Of a DNA stretch of 64,000 nucleotides, positions 41,853 through 55,182 are shown piece by piece. Within the stretch, counting starts at the first letter, position 1. Each line of letters starts with the position of its first letter. The position numbers and the translations under genes were made by a program. Source of the stretch: Eledone cirrhosa. Taxonomy: Eukaryota. Location of the stretch: positions 103,540,001 to 103,604,000 of the forward strand of contig OZ024741.1 of NCBI GenBank assembly GCA_964016885.1. The letters run 5' to 3'. The notes under the pieces are model-generated. The model saw nothing but the letters and a program-made list of their open reading frames with translations. It searched no databases and was not told the origin of the DNA.

Positions 41853-42469
41853 TAAAAGCCAAGAAATACAAGAAATAAAGCCCCGACAATAAACATATTA
41901 AAAGTTACAGATATGTGGAAGACATATACATAATATGAAATAATACTGGTAGAATGTTCCAGTCAAAACGCCAATAAAATGCAAGCATAACAGACCAGTT
42001 ATAGTGATATGGGGCAGATGTCAATATATTATTAAAGATTAGCGGAAAGAAAACATTTATGCAGAACTAATGAGTAATCTGCAGATACTCCACCCTGACT
42101 ATGCCTTCAGATTTATACCTATGAATATTGGGGCACTAGAATATGTTAGTAACTGCCTCAGTACAAATCTTGAGAAGCTGGGATTCACAGAAACAGAAAT
42201 AACACGACTAGTTACAAGTTACAAGTACAATCCATTAATGGAACAGTAAAAATATGTAAAACATTCCTATAATTTTGCATGTAATAACTGCATATACACA
42301 TATATAGATACAAAACATATGCACGTGTACACATTTAACTCGAAACATCCACATCCACACATGCAATAACTTCCATATCTGTACACACACGCACGCATGT
42401 AGACATGCATGCATATCAACCTAGTTGATATCTAAATTCTAATGAAAGAATCTTGTGTCTATGTTAAAC

Positions 42470-42560
<91 letters not shown>

Positions 42561-42637
42561 CACTCTCTTTCTCTCTCTCTCTTTCTTTCTCTCTCTCTCT
42601 CTATTTGTAAAAATCTATAAAATTATAAAACCAGAAC
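41853..42637 (+). mobile_element. Decayed family C copy
   Basis: Aligns to 38068-38707 with deletions and stops; (CT)n expansion in the UTR; ends tataaaaccagaacatacata. Confidence 0.82.
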
Positions 42638-43112
42638 ATACATACTCTCGGGTTCGAATAAAATAATACCTCCCTTCCTTATTAATTTTTCTGATAGATT
42701 TTTTTTCCACACACACTCTCGGCTCTTATTCCACCCCAACCCCGCTTATTAAATTTTGCTAATCTATCTCAAACGGAATTTTATTTTTAGGTGGTAGCAA
42801 TCCTGCGACAATTAATTTTCTTTATACATTAAAAAACATTACACATGACAAAAAAGAATATTACAAGAAATCTCAATATGTAAACTAACCGACTTTAAAC
42901 TAAACTAAACGGTTTTTTTTTTTAATCAGCGGAGACAACCTAGAAAAATTACGAATTTTGATCCATTCTGTTTTGCAGTTGGTCAGTTCGTCCAGTTTTT
43001 ATCTAACCTACATATGGTTTACTTTGTTCTCTCTCTCTCTAAGGATGAAAGCAGCGATTCTTTGCTTAAACTTTAATCTGTTATTTTAATAAATATATAT
43101 ATATGTATATAA

Positions 43113-43180
<68 letters not shown>

Positions 43181-43199
43181 CGTCGGGGTCAAACTTTTT

Positions 43200-43257
<58 letters not shown>

Positions 43258-43281
43258 TAAGTATATGTATATATATCTATG

Positions 43282-43314
<33 letters not shown>

Positions 43315-43341
43315 ATCTAAGTATATGTATATATATCTATG

Positions 43342-43425
<84 letters not shown>

Positions 43426-43617
43426 GAAGTGGTTACACAACAGTTAGTTCACCATACCGAGAACAATTGTTGTGTAACCACTTCTACCTAACTCGTCCCA
43501 TGGACTGAGTGCTCTACCACTACGGATATTACCTTCCACTGTTCTACCACTATATATATATATATATATATTTTGTTCCCGTTCAATTTTTGACTATATA
43601 TATATATATATATATGC

Positions 43618-43690
<73 letters not shown>

Positions 43691-44042
43691 TGTGTAGGCC
43701 ATATATATTATACGCGATTTATTCATATAATATATATATATATATATATATACATATTTACATACATATGTGTGTGTGTATGCGTGTATAAATTTGAAAG
43801 CGTGACGTTACCAACCATGTAATCCTATGTGAGCGTGTAATGGGTGTTAAAGGTTGTTTAAATACATAAATAAAACACCAGATACTTTACTGTGCAATTG
43901 AAATCATCGTTAAGACACGTGACATATTTCACACCAGATTTTACAGAACGAAGCAAAGCTTCCTTTTTCACACACACAGAGGAACACACATATATACGTA
44001 TATATATATATATGTATATATATGTGTGTGTGTGTGTAGGCC

Positions 44043-44090
<48 letters not shown>

Positions 44091-44095
44091 AGGCC

Positions 44096-44145
<50 letters not shown>

Positions 44146-44148
44146 GCC

Positions 44149-44194
<46 letters not shown>

Positions 44195-44254
44195 GCCATA
44201 TATATATATATATAATATATATAACGAAGGAGTTGTGGTAAGAAACCAGATGGA

Positions 44255-44344
<90 letters not shown>

Positions 44345-44513
44345 GTGTAATATATATCCGAGAGTACAGGAGTTTAAAAAAAATTTATTTGTCTTATGTT
44401 CGTTTCCACAAATGAAATAATATATATATGTATGTGTGTATGTGTGTGTGTGTAATTATATACACACACATATATATATATGTACGTACATATATATATA
44501 TGTATGTGTATGC

Positions 44514-44554
<41 letters not shown>

Positions 44555-44626
44555 CATGTATATATGTATGTGTGTGTATATATATATGTATATACATATA
44601 TATGTATATATTTATATATATACATA

Positions 44627-44688
<62 letters not shown>

Positions 44689-45091
44689 ACATATATATAT
44701 CTGTGAGTGGGTTTCTGATAAATCTTGTATATATTATAAATCTTGTGGCTGTAAGGGTTTTCCTTGAAGATTACATTGATGGTGGTAGTCGTGGGTAGAG
44801 AGGTGTGTGTGTGTGATTTACAACTATTTATTTACAGTTCAGGCATTCAATCTAAATTAACTGCCTGGTGAAAGTCGTTAAGGGTGGGTGGGGGGGTAGC
44901 TTGTTGTACCGTGACCTAGTGTGATGTGTAATGTTAAGTTTGCTGGGCGCGGGCATGGCTGTGTGGCTAAGGGAGTTAACTTCGTAACCATGTCTTTTCA
45001 AGTTCATTTCGCAAAGCTCAACAGTCTGGACATGTCTTCTGCTTTGGTCTTGGGTCGACAAACGGGTAATCAACACCCCACCTCCCTCTTT

Positions 45092-45188
<97 letters not shown>

Positions 45189-46502
45189 ACGTTTGTTAAA
45201 AATGACTGGGAGTATGGTGTAATGTTGATTTGATCATCTGATTGTGATTTCAATGGTGGTTATATTGACACACCACAATGAATCCTCCGTTGGTTTCGGT
45301 GATGATCATTCTGATTAGTTAATTAATGAGTAAATGGTTGAGTTTTCTACAGATATATGTACACTTAACCTATTCCAAAGTCGAAGCAGTAAGACTATTT
45401 TTGATAAGATTGGAACTTTCAATTACTACTACAATCTACCCGACGGAGTTTCTGTCACAAAACTTGGAGGGACATGTGGCTAAAGGCATATGTCAAATAT
45501 ATTATGCAGTGGGATCGAAACTGGAATATCATGATTTCAAAGCAAATGTATTAATCACACCCAGCCATACCTGCGTTCATTAATAAAGTTTGTGTTACTA
45601 TTTTCTTAGTCATTAGGTGTGAAGTTTTGTTGACAATATCAGCGTTCTTTACCTAATATGTTGTTGTTGCGGTTGTTGATGTTGTTGTTGTTATTGTTGT
45701 TGCTTCTGCTGCTGCTTCACGAGTGTTAGTTCGACAGGAACAGGTTCAGGGAGTCGAGGAAGACAAGCGAAGGAACAGGGGAGAGATGAGGGGGAAATTA
45801 TTTCTATCGGGCGATTGCAACAATTGAGAATGCCAGAATGAGGAGTTTGCCTTGTTGAGAATCATGGTGATGATGATGATGGTGTGGAGAGGGAGGATGA
45901 CAACGACGACAATGGTGACTATGCTGTTATTGATGATGATAATGATGACGACAACGACGATGAGGGTGGTGGTGATGATGATAATGAATTTGATGATGTT
46001 GATGATGATATACAAACCAAAATGCGAATCAAATCGTAAACAACGTACATAGACACAGAAACATGCGGAAACATACATAAGTACACACAAACACCACACA
46101 CTACAACACACACACACACACACACACACACTTACACACACATACACAACGCATACACACTACACCACAACACACTGTACGACTTATACACAACACACCA
46201 TAACACATTACAACAAACGCTACAGCACACACACAACACATATACTCAACACAAATACACACAAATACGAAATTTACGCAAACACAAAGCAACACACGCG
46301 TACACATAAACACACAAACACACACTTATATACAAATACACACATGTACACATACACATTTATATATACACAAGTACACACATACGTAACAAGATCAAAG
46401 AGAAGAGAAAATAGTGAGCAATTTGTGTCGGAGTGTGTGAAAAGATCAGTGGGAAACAATAACTCCTTTCATGTTGATGTCGGCAACAGGATATGATGTG
46501 GG

Positions 46503-46543
<41 letters not shown>

Positions 46544-46666
46544 ATACTACTACTGCTGCTACCACTACTACAATTATTACTATTGCTGTTACAAGTACAA
46601 CTAGTACTAAAGATAATCACAATTTATCCATATTCTTTCCATTGTTGTGCCATTATTTTCAATATA

Positions 46667-46755
<89 letters not shown>

Positions 46756-46800
46756 ATCTATCTATATATATATATGTGTGTGTATGTGTGTGTATGTATG

Positions 46801-46834
<34 letters not shown>

Positions 46835-47741
46835 AGTGCATATCTATCTGCACTGAAGATTCTCCAGTGGTGGACTCATGATAAGGGACTGTCCTTTGTT
46901 TCATATATATGTTTTTCTCTCTGTCTGTGTGTCTGTTTTTTCCTTATGCATTCTCAAACGGCTCGACCAAATCAAATCAAATTTTATCAAGTAATAGTAT
47001 TAGACCGCGAAATTTTACAACATATAATTTTTATTTTCATTTGGATTAAACCAATATAACATTTTTCTCAAATAATCTACTATAGACAACTAAATAAACG
47101 GATACATTATAACACAACGATGACGACGACGACGTCACATTTTGTATATGAGTGTGTGTGTGTGTTTGCGCGTTCGTTACGTACATTACGCCTTAGTATG
47201 TTACATACACACACATCCTCACGTAAATATTTAATCAGATACACAGATAATTAAACTCCCACACACATCTACACATGTGACGACTAGCAAGTATATGTGT
47301 ACCAGTGTATGTGTGTAAGTATACATACATTCTGTAACGACTGACATAACGAAATGCTGGGGGTGAAACTCTATGTGTGTGTGTTTGTATGAATGTATGT
47401 CTGTGTGTGTTTTTTATAAGTGTATGTTTGTGTGAGTGTATGTGTATCTGTTCGTTTATATTTATATTCTCATACATAGAACGCTATCTATCTAATAATT
47501 ATTGTCGCAGTTCCAAGGCATATACAAATACACATTTACCGTTAAATTAGCAGTTAATGCATTTGCTTATATTTGGTTAGTTTGTTATATTGGTTAATTC
47601 ACACTGCATACAAAAATAGAGATTAATATGTTTTTTTGTTTTGTTTTGTTTTTTGGGGATGTTGATACTTATTTGTTTACAATATTGAAAAAAGAATGTC
47701 TTTAGTCCAAAACTTCCTCTCATATCATATCTACAGATGTT

Positions 47742-47978
47742 CTATTTGAATTTAAGAGGCTTCATTTTCCAGTCAAACTAAGTTTTGTTATTTCAATTAA
47801 CAAATCTCAGGGCCAATCCCTCAAGGTAGTTGGACTTGATCTCTCTACTACATGCTTCTCCCACAGTCCATTCTATGTTGGTTGCTCACTAGTTGGAAGC
47901 AGCAACAATTTATTCATTTGCATACCAACAAAAGATTACACAATGAATATTGTTTACCCTGGTATGCTTCAAAATTGA
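47742..47978 (+). pseudogene. Helitron Pif1-type helicase C-terminal remnant
   Basis: My translation (absent from the ORF track): LFEFKRLHFPVKLSFVISINKSQGQSLKVVGLDLSTTCFSHSPFYVGCSLVG...MNIVYPGMLQN*, matching the Helitron FKRxQFP..LxFAMTINKSQGQ..FSHGQLYVAxSRV...NIVY pattern with degenerate motifs. Confidence 0.85.
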
Positions 47979-48114
47979 CAGTTTCATTTCTAAATTCTAT
48001 TATCATTACAATATTGATATATTTTTTTTATAAAATATAGATATTTTGAAATAATTATGGGAAACATATATATCTTCATATTTATTGTTTACTAATGTGA
48101 ATAAGAACAACAAT

Positions 48115-48278
48115 AACACGGGCACAAGGCCAGCAATTTTGGGGGAGGGGAGAGTCGATTAAATCGACTCCAGTCCGTGACTGGTACTTTATTTTATCGA
48201 CCCTGTAAGGATGAAAGGCAAAGTTAACCATCGCGGGATTTGAACTCAGACTGTAAAGAGTCGTAACTCTGTGCTGCA
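48115..48278 (-). mobile_element. S1 SINE
   Basis: ggcacaaggccagcaattttgggggagggg.agtcgattaaatcgac...ggatttgaactcag. Confidence 0.82.
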
Positions 48279-48289
48279 ATAATAATAAT

Positions 48290-48347
48290 GCTTTCTTTAT
48301 TAACTACAAGGGTTTACATAAAGTAGACATTAAGGACAGTACAGGAC
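48290..48347 (-). mobile_element. Extreme 3' end of Tx1-like family E
   Basis: tttctttattaac.acaagggtttacataaagtagacattaaggacagt matches 51386; (AAT)n on both sides. Confidence 0.85.
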
Positions 48348-48410
<63 letters not shown>

Positions 48411-48435
48411 AAGAAGAAGAAGAAGAAGAAGAAGA

Positions 48436-48939
48436 TCAACATAAAATATCAACATAACAAGGTCTGTTTGTTGATAGATATGAGCATCCCATGTGATCAC
48501 AATATCGCCGCAAAAGAATTTGACAAGCTACGAAAATATAAAGATCTGCTTATTGAAATTGGGAAAAATGTGGCACCTCAAGGCCGTTACAATACCAGTG
48601 ATTGTGGGAGGACTGGAAATGATCAAGAAAGAAACAACAATATTTGCGAATGATTCCTGGTTTACCTTCTCTGCACGAGGTGCAAAAAATTGTTTTGATT
48701 GGTACTGCTCACGTATTGAGAAGAGCACTGTCTCTGTAAGATTGATATCCCTCCTTGTATTTACATATGCATATGCATATGTGTATATATGTATACTGCT
48801 TTTTTTGTTTTGTTTTGTTTTTATTATAATCAATGTGCTGTATTAACTGGCTTACCAATGCACACTGTGAATTTATTTGCCCTCGGTGTCAGGAAGACAC
48901 TCAGCATATATCTCAGAAACAATAATGAAAGAAAATAAA

Positions 48940-48940
<1 letters not shown>
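48436..48940 (+). mobile_element. Decayed R4/Dong-like 3' fragment (B-related third family)
   Basis: CLLIDMSIP.D.NI..KEFDKLRKYKDL.IEIGK / MWHLKAVTIPVIVG; the UTR segment tttgcctcggtgtcagg.agacactc is shared with 55837-55865. Confidence 0.78.
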
Positions 48941-48974
<34 letters not shown>

Positions 48975-48976
<2 letters not shown>

Positions 48977-49320
48977 TGGATGTGGCCTGCCCGTTCGACA
49001 CGAGAGTGCAAGAGAAGGAGAGGGAGAAAATTAACCGATACCAGGACCTAAAGTGGGAGGTGAAAAGGATTTGGAACTGCCATGAAGTCAAAGTGATCCC
49101 GATTGTCATAGGCGCACTGGGGACTATCTCCAAAGGTTTCCAGGGATGGTTAAAGAAAATCGGCCCCTTCACGCTTTTTGGAACGCTTCAAAAGGCATGC
49201 TTGCTTGGAACGGCAAGAACCCTCCGATACGTCCTGAATATCTGAGGCTGCAGGTAGTGGCTTGATATTCAATCCAACGGACTTTCCAGTTAACCAACAT
49301 CAATGACTGAGATTCAAGGA
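48975..49320 (+). mobile_element. Family A 3' fragment
   Basis: VDVACPFDTRVQEKEREKINRYQDLKWE...YVLNI*; (AAT)n on both sides. Confidence 0.93.
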
Positions 49321-49357
49321 ATAACAATAACAATAATAATAATAATAATAATAATAA

Positions 49358-49429
49358 TTGTTTCTACTTTTGGCACAAGGCCAGCAATTATCCCAGTACA
49401 TTACTGGTACTTTATTTTATCGACCCCGT
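49358..49429 (-). mobile_element. S1 SINE 3' fragment within (AAT)n
   Basis: ttgtttctacttttggcacaaggccagc...tttatcgaccccgta. Confidence 0.8.
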
Positions 49430-49448
49430 ATAATAATAATAATAATAA

Positions 49449-51353
49449 GTCACGTGGTACAAAGGACCAGTTACTTATTGATAAGATGGTAATGGGGAAA
49501 TGCAGGAGGAGACACACTGATCTTGCCATGGGATGGATAGACTACAGAAAGGCATTTGACATGGTGCCTCATTCTTGGATCACCAAAATCCTGGAGATCT
49601 TCAGGGTGGCAGATAACATCAGACAGTTGCTGGGCAGGAGTATGGGGTCCTGGGAGACAGAGTTGACATCAACTGGAGTATCCTTGGGAAGCGTGAAGAT
49701 CAAGAGAGGTATCTTCCAGGGAGATAGCCTGTCCCCTCTGTTGTTTGTCCTTGCCCTGATGCCCTTGACCATCATGCTGCGAAAAGTGAGAGCAGGATAC
49801 AAGTTGGGAAGGGGAGAGCTTACCATCAATCACCTCCTCTTCATGGACGATCTTAAGCTCTTCGGGAAAAGCGAGAAGGAGTTGGATGTGCTTGTTGACA
49901 CTGTCCGTATTTTCAGCAGTGATATATGTATGCAGTTTGGTATTGGTAAATGTGGAGTCATTGTGATGAGGAGGGGTAGGTTGAGCAGAAGTAACGGGAT
50001 CCAGATACCAACAGGTGAGATGATAAAGGAAATTGACTCTGAGGAAGGATACAAGTATTTGTGCGTTCTGGAGGCTGATGGCATAAAGAACAAAAAAATG
50101 AAGGAATTGTTAAGAACTGAATACATTCGGAGAGTAAGGAGCGTATTGAAGTCACATCTGAACAGCAGAAATGCCATAAGCGCAGTAAATTCCCGAGCTG
50201 TGTCTATTATTAGGTACAGTGCGGGAATTCTGAGATGGAATGTTGCTGAACAAAAAGAAATGGATAGGAAGACTAGGAAGCTATTGACTATCTACAACAT
50301 GTTCCACAAGAAGAGTGATGTCGATAGACTCTACCTAAGGAGATCTGAGGGTGGAAGAGGTCTTATCAGCATAGAGGACTGTGTTCAGATGGAGAAAAAC
50401 AACCTATACAAATACGTGACCTATAGTAAGGAGCCAATGCTCAGAGCTGTACTGAAGGAGGGGACAGTAGGCCAGGGGATGTCCAAGGAGGAAATAACAT
50501 CAAGGAGGAAGAGCAGCCTTAAGGGAAAATCCCTTCATAGTACCTTCTTTGAGAAAACTGAATTTAGAGATCCACAGACATGGAACTGGTTGAGAAGAGG
50601 AGACCTCAAAAAGGCTACAGAAGGAATGCTAATGGCTGCGCAGGAGCAGGCCCTCAAAACGAAGTGGTTGAAGCACCATATTTACAAGGAGGAGGCTAGC
50701 CCACTGTGCGGGATCTGTGGAGGGAGAGAGGAGACTGTGGCTCACATTGTGTCCGAGTGTAAACACCTAGCCCAGACCCACTATAAGGGCTGGAGACACG
50801 ATGTGATGGGCAGGGTGATCCACTGGCACCTGTGCAAAGTAAACAATTTACCACATTCTGAGAAATGGTATGAGCATAGACCAGAGGCGGTGATGGAGAA
50901 CAATCAGGTGAAGGTGCTGTGGGATTTTAGGATACAGACGGACAAAAAACTGGAACGCAATAGACCTGACCTGGTGGTTGTGGACAAAGAAAAAAGATCG
51001 TGTCTGATTGTGGATGTGGCCTGCCCGTTCGGCACGAGAGTGCAAGAGAAGGAGAGGGAGAAAATTAACCGATACCAGGACCTAAAGTGGGAGGTGAAAA
51101 GGATTTGGAACTGCCATGAAGTCAAAGTGATCCCGATTGTCATAGGCGCACTGGGGACTATCTCCAAAAGTTTCCAGGGATGGTTAAAGAAAATCGGCCC
51201 TTCACGCTTTTTGGAACGCTTCAAAAGGCATGCTTGCTTGGAACAGCAAGAACCCTCCGATACGTCCTGAATATCTGAGGCTGCAGGTAGTTGCTTGATA
51301 TTCAATCCAACGGACTTTCCAGTTAACCAACATCAATGACTGAGATTCAAGGA
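49449..51353 (+). mobile_element. 5'-truncated R4/Dong-like non-LTR retrotransposon, family A (RT + CCHC + RLE)
   Basis: RT motifs WIDYRKAFDMVPH, GIFQGDSLSPLLF, HLLFMDDLK, YKYL; thumb LYLRRSEGGRGL; CGIC..ETVAHIVSEC; RHD; RPDLVVVD..IVDVACP..EKINRY. A 1-bp deletion near 51198 frameshifts the last ~26 codons. Confidence 0.96.
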
Positions 51354-51385
51354 ATAACAACAATAATAATAATAATAATAATAAT

Positions 51386-53259
51386 GATTTCTTTATTAAC
51401 CACAAGGGTTTACATAAAGTAGACATTAAGGACAGTGCAGGACAATACAGGACGGTACAAATGGGCATTTCTGCGTGTAAAAAACAAAAACAGAGGGTGT
51501 AACAAAAAATAACAATGAAAAATTCCCCAATAGGGGGGAGACTTCGGAGGGACATTTGTGGAGAAAGCCCAGTAAAAAGCCACTCCTCGGTAGCACTGTC
51601 AGCCAGGGATTTATGGAAGTTGTCCAAAGGCCCCGGCCCGAAAGTTCTTCCGAAGAGATTGGCTAGTTGATTTTCGTCGACGCCTAGAGTTTCCCCAAGT
51701 ACGTCGTCGCTCTTCCCCTCCACTAATCCTCTATTCCAGTCTCCAAGCGCTCCCTCTCGGTCTTCGCTTGACCCAATACTGCAGCTCCGTCAAGGAGACG
51801 AGCTGGGGAAAGAAGCATCTAGCAAACGGCGACCACACCTGATCACCGTCGATGAAGAGGTGGAGATGTCGTAGCCTGAGCGCGTGTCTGCGCATCATCA
51901 GCCACGGCATGCCCAGCCCTCCACGTAGCGGATGTTGACAGCAGATGGACCGCCTGACCATCGGAGCGCGTTCACAAAAAGCGAAAGAGAAAACGCTCCA
52001 GCGCAGTCAGGCGGGGCTTAGGACAAGGTACGACGGTCAGGCGGTAGTAGATGACGGACGCGATGTACGCGTTAGCCACCTCCGCTCGACCTTTCAGGGA
52101 TAGCTTCCTCTCCGCCCATTTCTGGGTGAGAGAAGCCACCCTGCTCGTCACCTCGTCCCAGTTTTTGTCCGTCTGGAGGTCTGGACCGAACCAGACCCTA
52201 GCAATTTAACCGGTCCATCCGTCCAGCGCCTGACGACGCTGTTGGACGGCATGCACCTGGAGAGGCAGGTCCATGCCGTCCAACAGCGACGTCGGGCTGC
52301 AGGCCCACTGACTTTTCCTGGTTGATCATTGCTCCTGTCACCGCTTCGTATTCTCTTAGTGTAGTGCCGATCTCCTTGATGTGTTTGGCGTTCGACACCA
52401 CTACGGTGACATCGTCCGCATATGCTGACACGGATCTTCCGCATCCTAGTTCGCGCTGGATCCCCCTAAACGTCTCCAGTTTGTGCAGTAATGGCTCGAG
52501 AGTTAAAGTGGGACGATAGGGGACATCCTTGGCGGATCGAGAGCATGATGTTGAACGGTTCCGAAAGGTGACCGTTCACTCTCACCACAGAGCAGATGTC
52601 GCTGCGAACCAGCCTCTGAAGACCGGCCAAAAGCCAACCGCCCTCAGGTCTGCCGCTAGGTAACGATGGTCGACCCTATCGAAAGCTTTCGACTGATCTA
52701 AGTTGATCAAGGACCCACCCGTGCCAGGTTCCCTAGCTGCCCTCTCCACGATGTATCGCATGAAGTGGAGGTTGTCGTGGATGGATCTGTCGGGAATGGC
52801 GCATGTCTGCGCCTCTCCCACCAGACCACCAACGACAAGCGCCAACCTCTTTGCTAGCACCTTGGCCAAAATCTTGAACTCTGTGTTTAGCAGAGTTATG
52901 GGCCTGAAATTATCTATGTTATCCCCCTTGTTCGGATCCTTTCTCAGCAGCGCCACCCCTCTTCGGCTCGCAGAGCTGGGAATTCTCCCGTTCTGTTGCC
53001 AATTGCAGTAGACGTCCGCCAAGAGGCCTCCGAACAAGTATGGCATCTGTACGTAAAGTTCATAGGGCAGACCATCCAAACCAGGCGATTTACCCCTTGT
53101 GCAGCCAGTCATTGCCTCCCGTACTTCAGCGGCTGTTATCGGCCTTTCGCAACACTCCGCCTCAGTGGCCGAGAGCCGCGGCAGTCCGTCGAGGTAGACA
53201 CTACAGTCCATCCCTCGATCCGGCCCGCCGCTTCCCCCGAACAGCTGAGCGAAGTCTCG

Positions 53260-53262
<3 letters not shown>
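51386..53262 (-). mobile_element. 5'-truncated, internally deleted Tx1/L1-clade LINE, family E
   Basis: KSPGLDGLPYELY, NFRPITLLNTEFKILAK, LDQSKAFDRVDH, SAYADDVT, GGLG(M)P, with frameshifts; 3' end ccttgtggttaataaagaaatc-(ATT)n on the minus strand. Confidence 0.92.
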
Positions 53263-53313
<51 letters not shown>

Positions 53314-53315
<2 letters not shown>

Positions 53316-53466
53316 TTTCTTTATTAACCACAAGGGTTTACATAAAGTAGACATTAAGGATAGTGCAGGACAATACAGGGCGGTACAAATGGGCATTTCT
53401 GCGTGTAAAAAACAAATACAGAGGATGTAACAAAAAAAATAACAATGAAAAATTCCCCAATAGGGG
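53314..53466 (-). mobile_element. Family E 3' UTR fragment
   Basis: Near-identical to 51386-51538; (AAT)n on both sides. Confidence 0.9.
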
Positions 53467-53508
53467 AATAATAATAATAATAATAATAATAATAGTAATA
53501 ATAATAAT

Positions 53509-54010
53509 GATTTCTTTATTAACCACAAGGGTTTACATAAAGTAGACATTAAGGACAGTGCAGGACAATGCAGGACGGTACAAATGGGCATTTCTGCGTG
53601 TAAAAAACAAAAACAGAGGATGTAACAAAAAATAACAATGAAAATAAAAATGAAAAATTCCCCAATAGGGGGGAGACTTCGGAGGGACATTTGTGGAGAA
53701 AGCCCAGTAAAAAGCCACAATGACCCTGACCACCAAGGCAAGTGCCCTCTCCCAGTTTTCTACCTTTAATTTACAGATATATACTCAGAGTAGGCCCATT
53801 CACTCGGGCCATTCTTGCTTCTCTCACCCATCTTTCAACAAAATGCTGGGAAGAGAGCACTTTCCTCTCTACTCTGATTTTCCTTTTCAAATGAAATTTG
53901 AAAAAGTCAATCAGAGCATCACCGAAGAGGTAAGTGCTCGTCTTCAGCCCTTTCAAACGTGTCCACCATACTATCTCTTTCGCCATGGCCACCAGGCAGA
54001 TAAAAACTGA
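53509..54010 (-). mobile_element. Family E 3' fragment with the ORF C-terminus
   Basis: AMAKEIVWWTR...FVERW... C-terminus (53771-53992) plus the same 3' UTR; (AAT)n on both sides. Confidence 0.88.
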
Positions 54011-54050
54011 TAATAATAATAATAATAATTATTATTATTATTATTGTGGA

Positions 54051-55111
54051 ACAACATGTTCCACAAGAGGAGTGATGTCGATAGACTCTACCTAAGGAGA
54101 TCTGAGGGTGGAAGAGGTCTCATCAGCATAGAGGACTGTGTTCAGATGGAGAAAAACAACCTATACAAATACGTGACTGATAGTAAGGAGCCAATGCTCA
54201 GAACTGTACTGAAGGAGGGGACAATAGGCCAGGGGATGTCCAAGGAGGAAATAACATCAAGGAGAAAGAGCAGCCTCCAGGGAAAATCCCTTCATAGTAC
54301 CTTCTTTGAGAAAACTGAATTTAGAGATCCACAGACATGGAACTGGTTGAGAAGAGGAGACCTCAAAAAGGCTACAGAAGGAATGTTAATGGCTGCGCAG
54401 GAGCAGGCCCTCAAAACGAAGTGGTTGAAACACCATATTTACAAGGAGGAGGCTAGCCCACTGTGCGGGATCTGTGGAGAGAGAGAGGAGACTGTGGCTC
54501 ACATTGTGTCCGAGTGTAAACACCTAGCCCAGACCCACTATAAGGGCTGGAGACACGATGTGATGGGCAGGGTGATCCACTGGCACCTGTGCAAAGTAAA
54601 CAATCTACCACATTCTGAGAAATGGTATGAGCATAGGCCAGAGGCGGTGATGGAGAACAATCAGGTGAAGGTGCTGTGGGATTTTAGGATACAGACGGAC
54701 AAAAAACTGGAACACAATAGACCTGACCTGGTGGTTGTGGACAAAGAAAAAAGATCGTGCCTGATTGTGGATGTGGCCTACCCGTTCGACACGAGAGTGC
54801 AAGAGAAGGAGAGGGAGAAAATTAACCGATACCAGGACCTAAAGTGGGAGGTGAAAAGGATTTGGAACTGCCATGAAGTCAAAGTGATCCCGATTGTCAT
54901 AGGCGCACTGGGGACTATCTCCAAAAGTTTCCAGGGATGGTTAAAGAAAATCGGCCCCTTCACGCTTTTTGGAACGCTTCAAAAGGCATGCTTGCTTGGA
55001 ACAGCAAGAACCCTCCGATACGTCCTGAATATCTGAGGCTGCAGGTAGTGGCTTGATATTCAATCCAACGGACTTTCCAGTTAACCAACATCAATGACTG
55101 AGATTCAAGGA
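54051..55111 (+). mobile_element. Family A 5'-truncated copy (thumb-CCHC-RLE, open frame)
   Basis: ORF 54044-55036 is nearly identical to the C-terminal half of 49449-51353. Confidence 0.95.
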
Positions 55112-55123
55112 ATAACAATAACA

Positions 55124-55174
<51 letters not shown>

Positions 55175-55182
55175 TTAATAAT

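Noticed and set aside
46386-46620. Candidate Wnt exon 1 ending at a gtatgt donor
   Set aside because: The phase-compatible frame has a stop shortly upstream and no ATG; no signal peptide or SW motif.
49303-49448. N-terminal part of the 655-aa ORF as the real start of the retrotransposon protein
   Set aside because: It reads through the previous element's UTR, an (AAT)n tract and an antisense SINE; the element itself is 5'-truncated at 49449.
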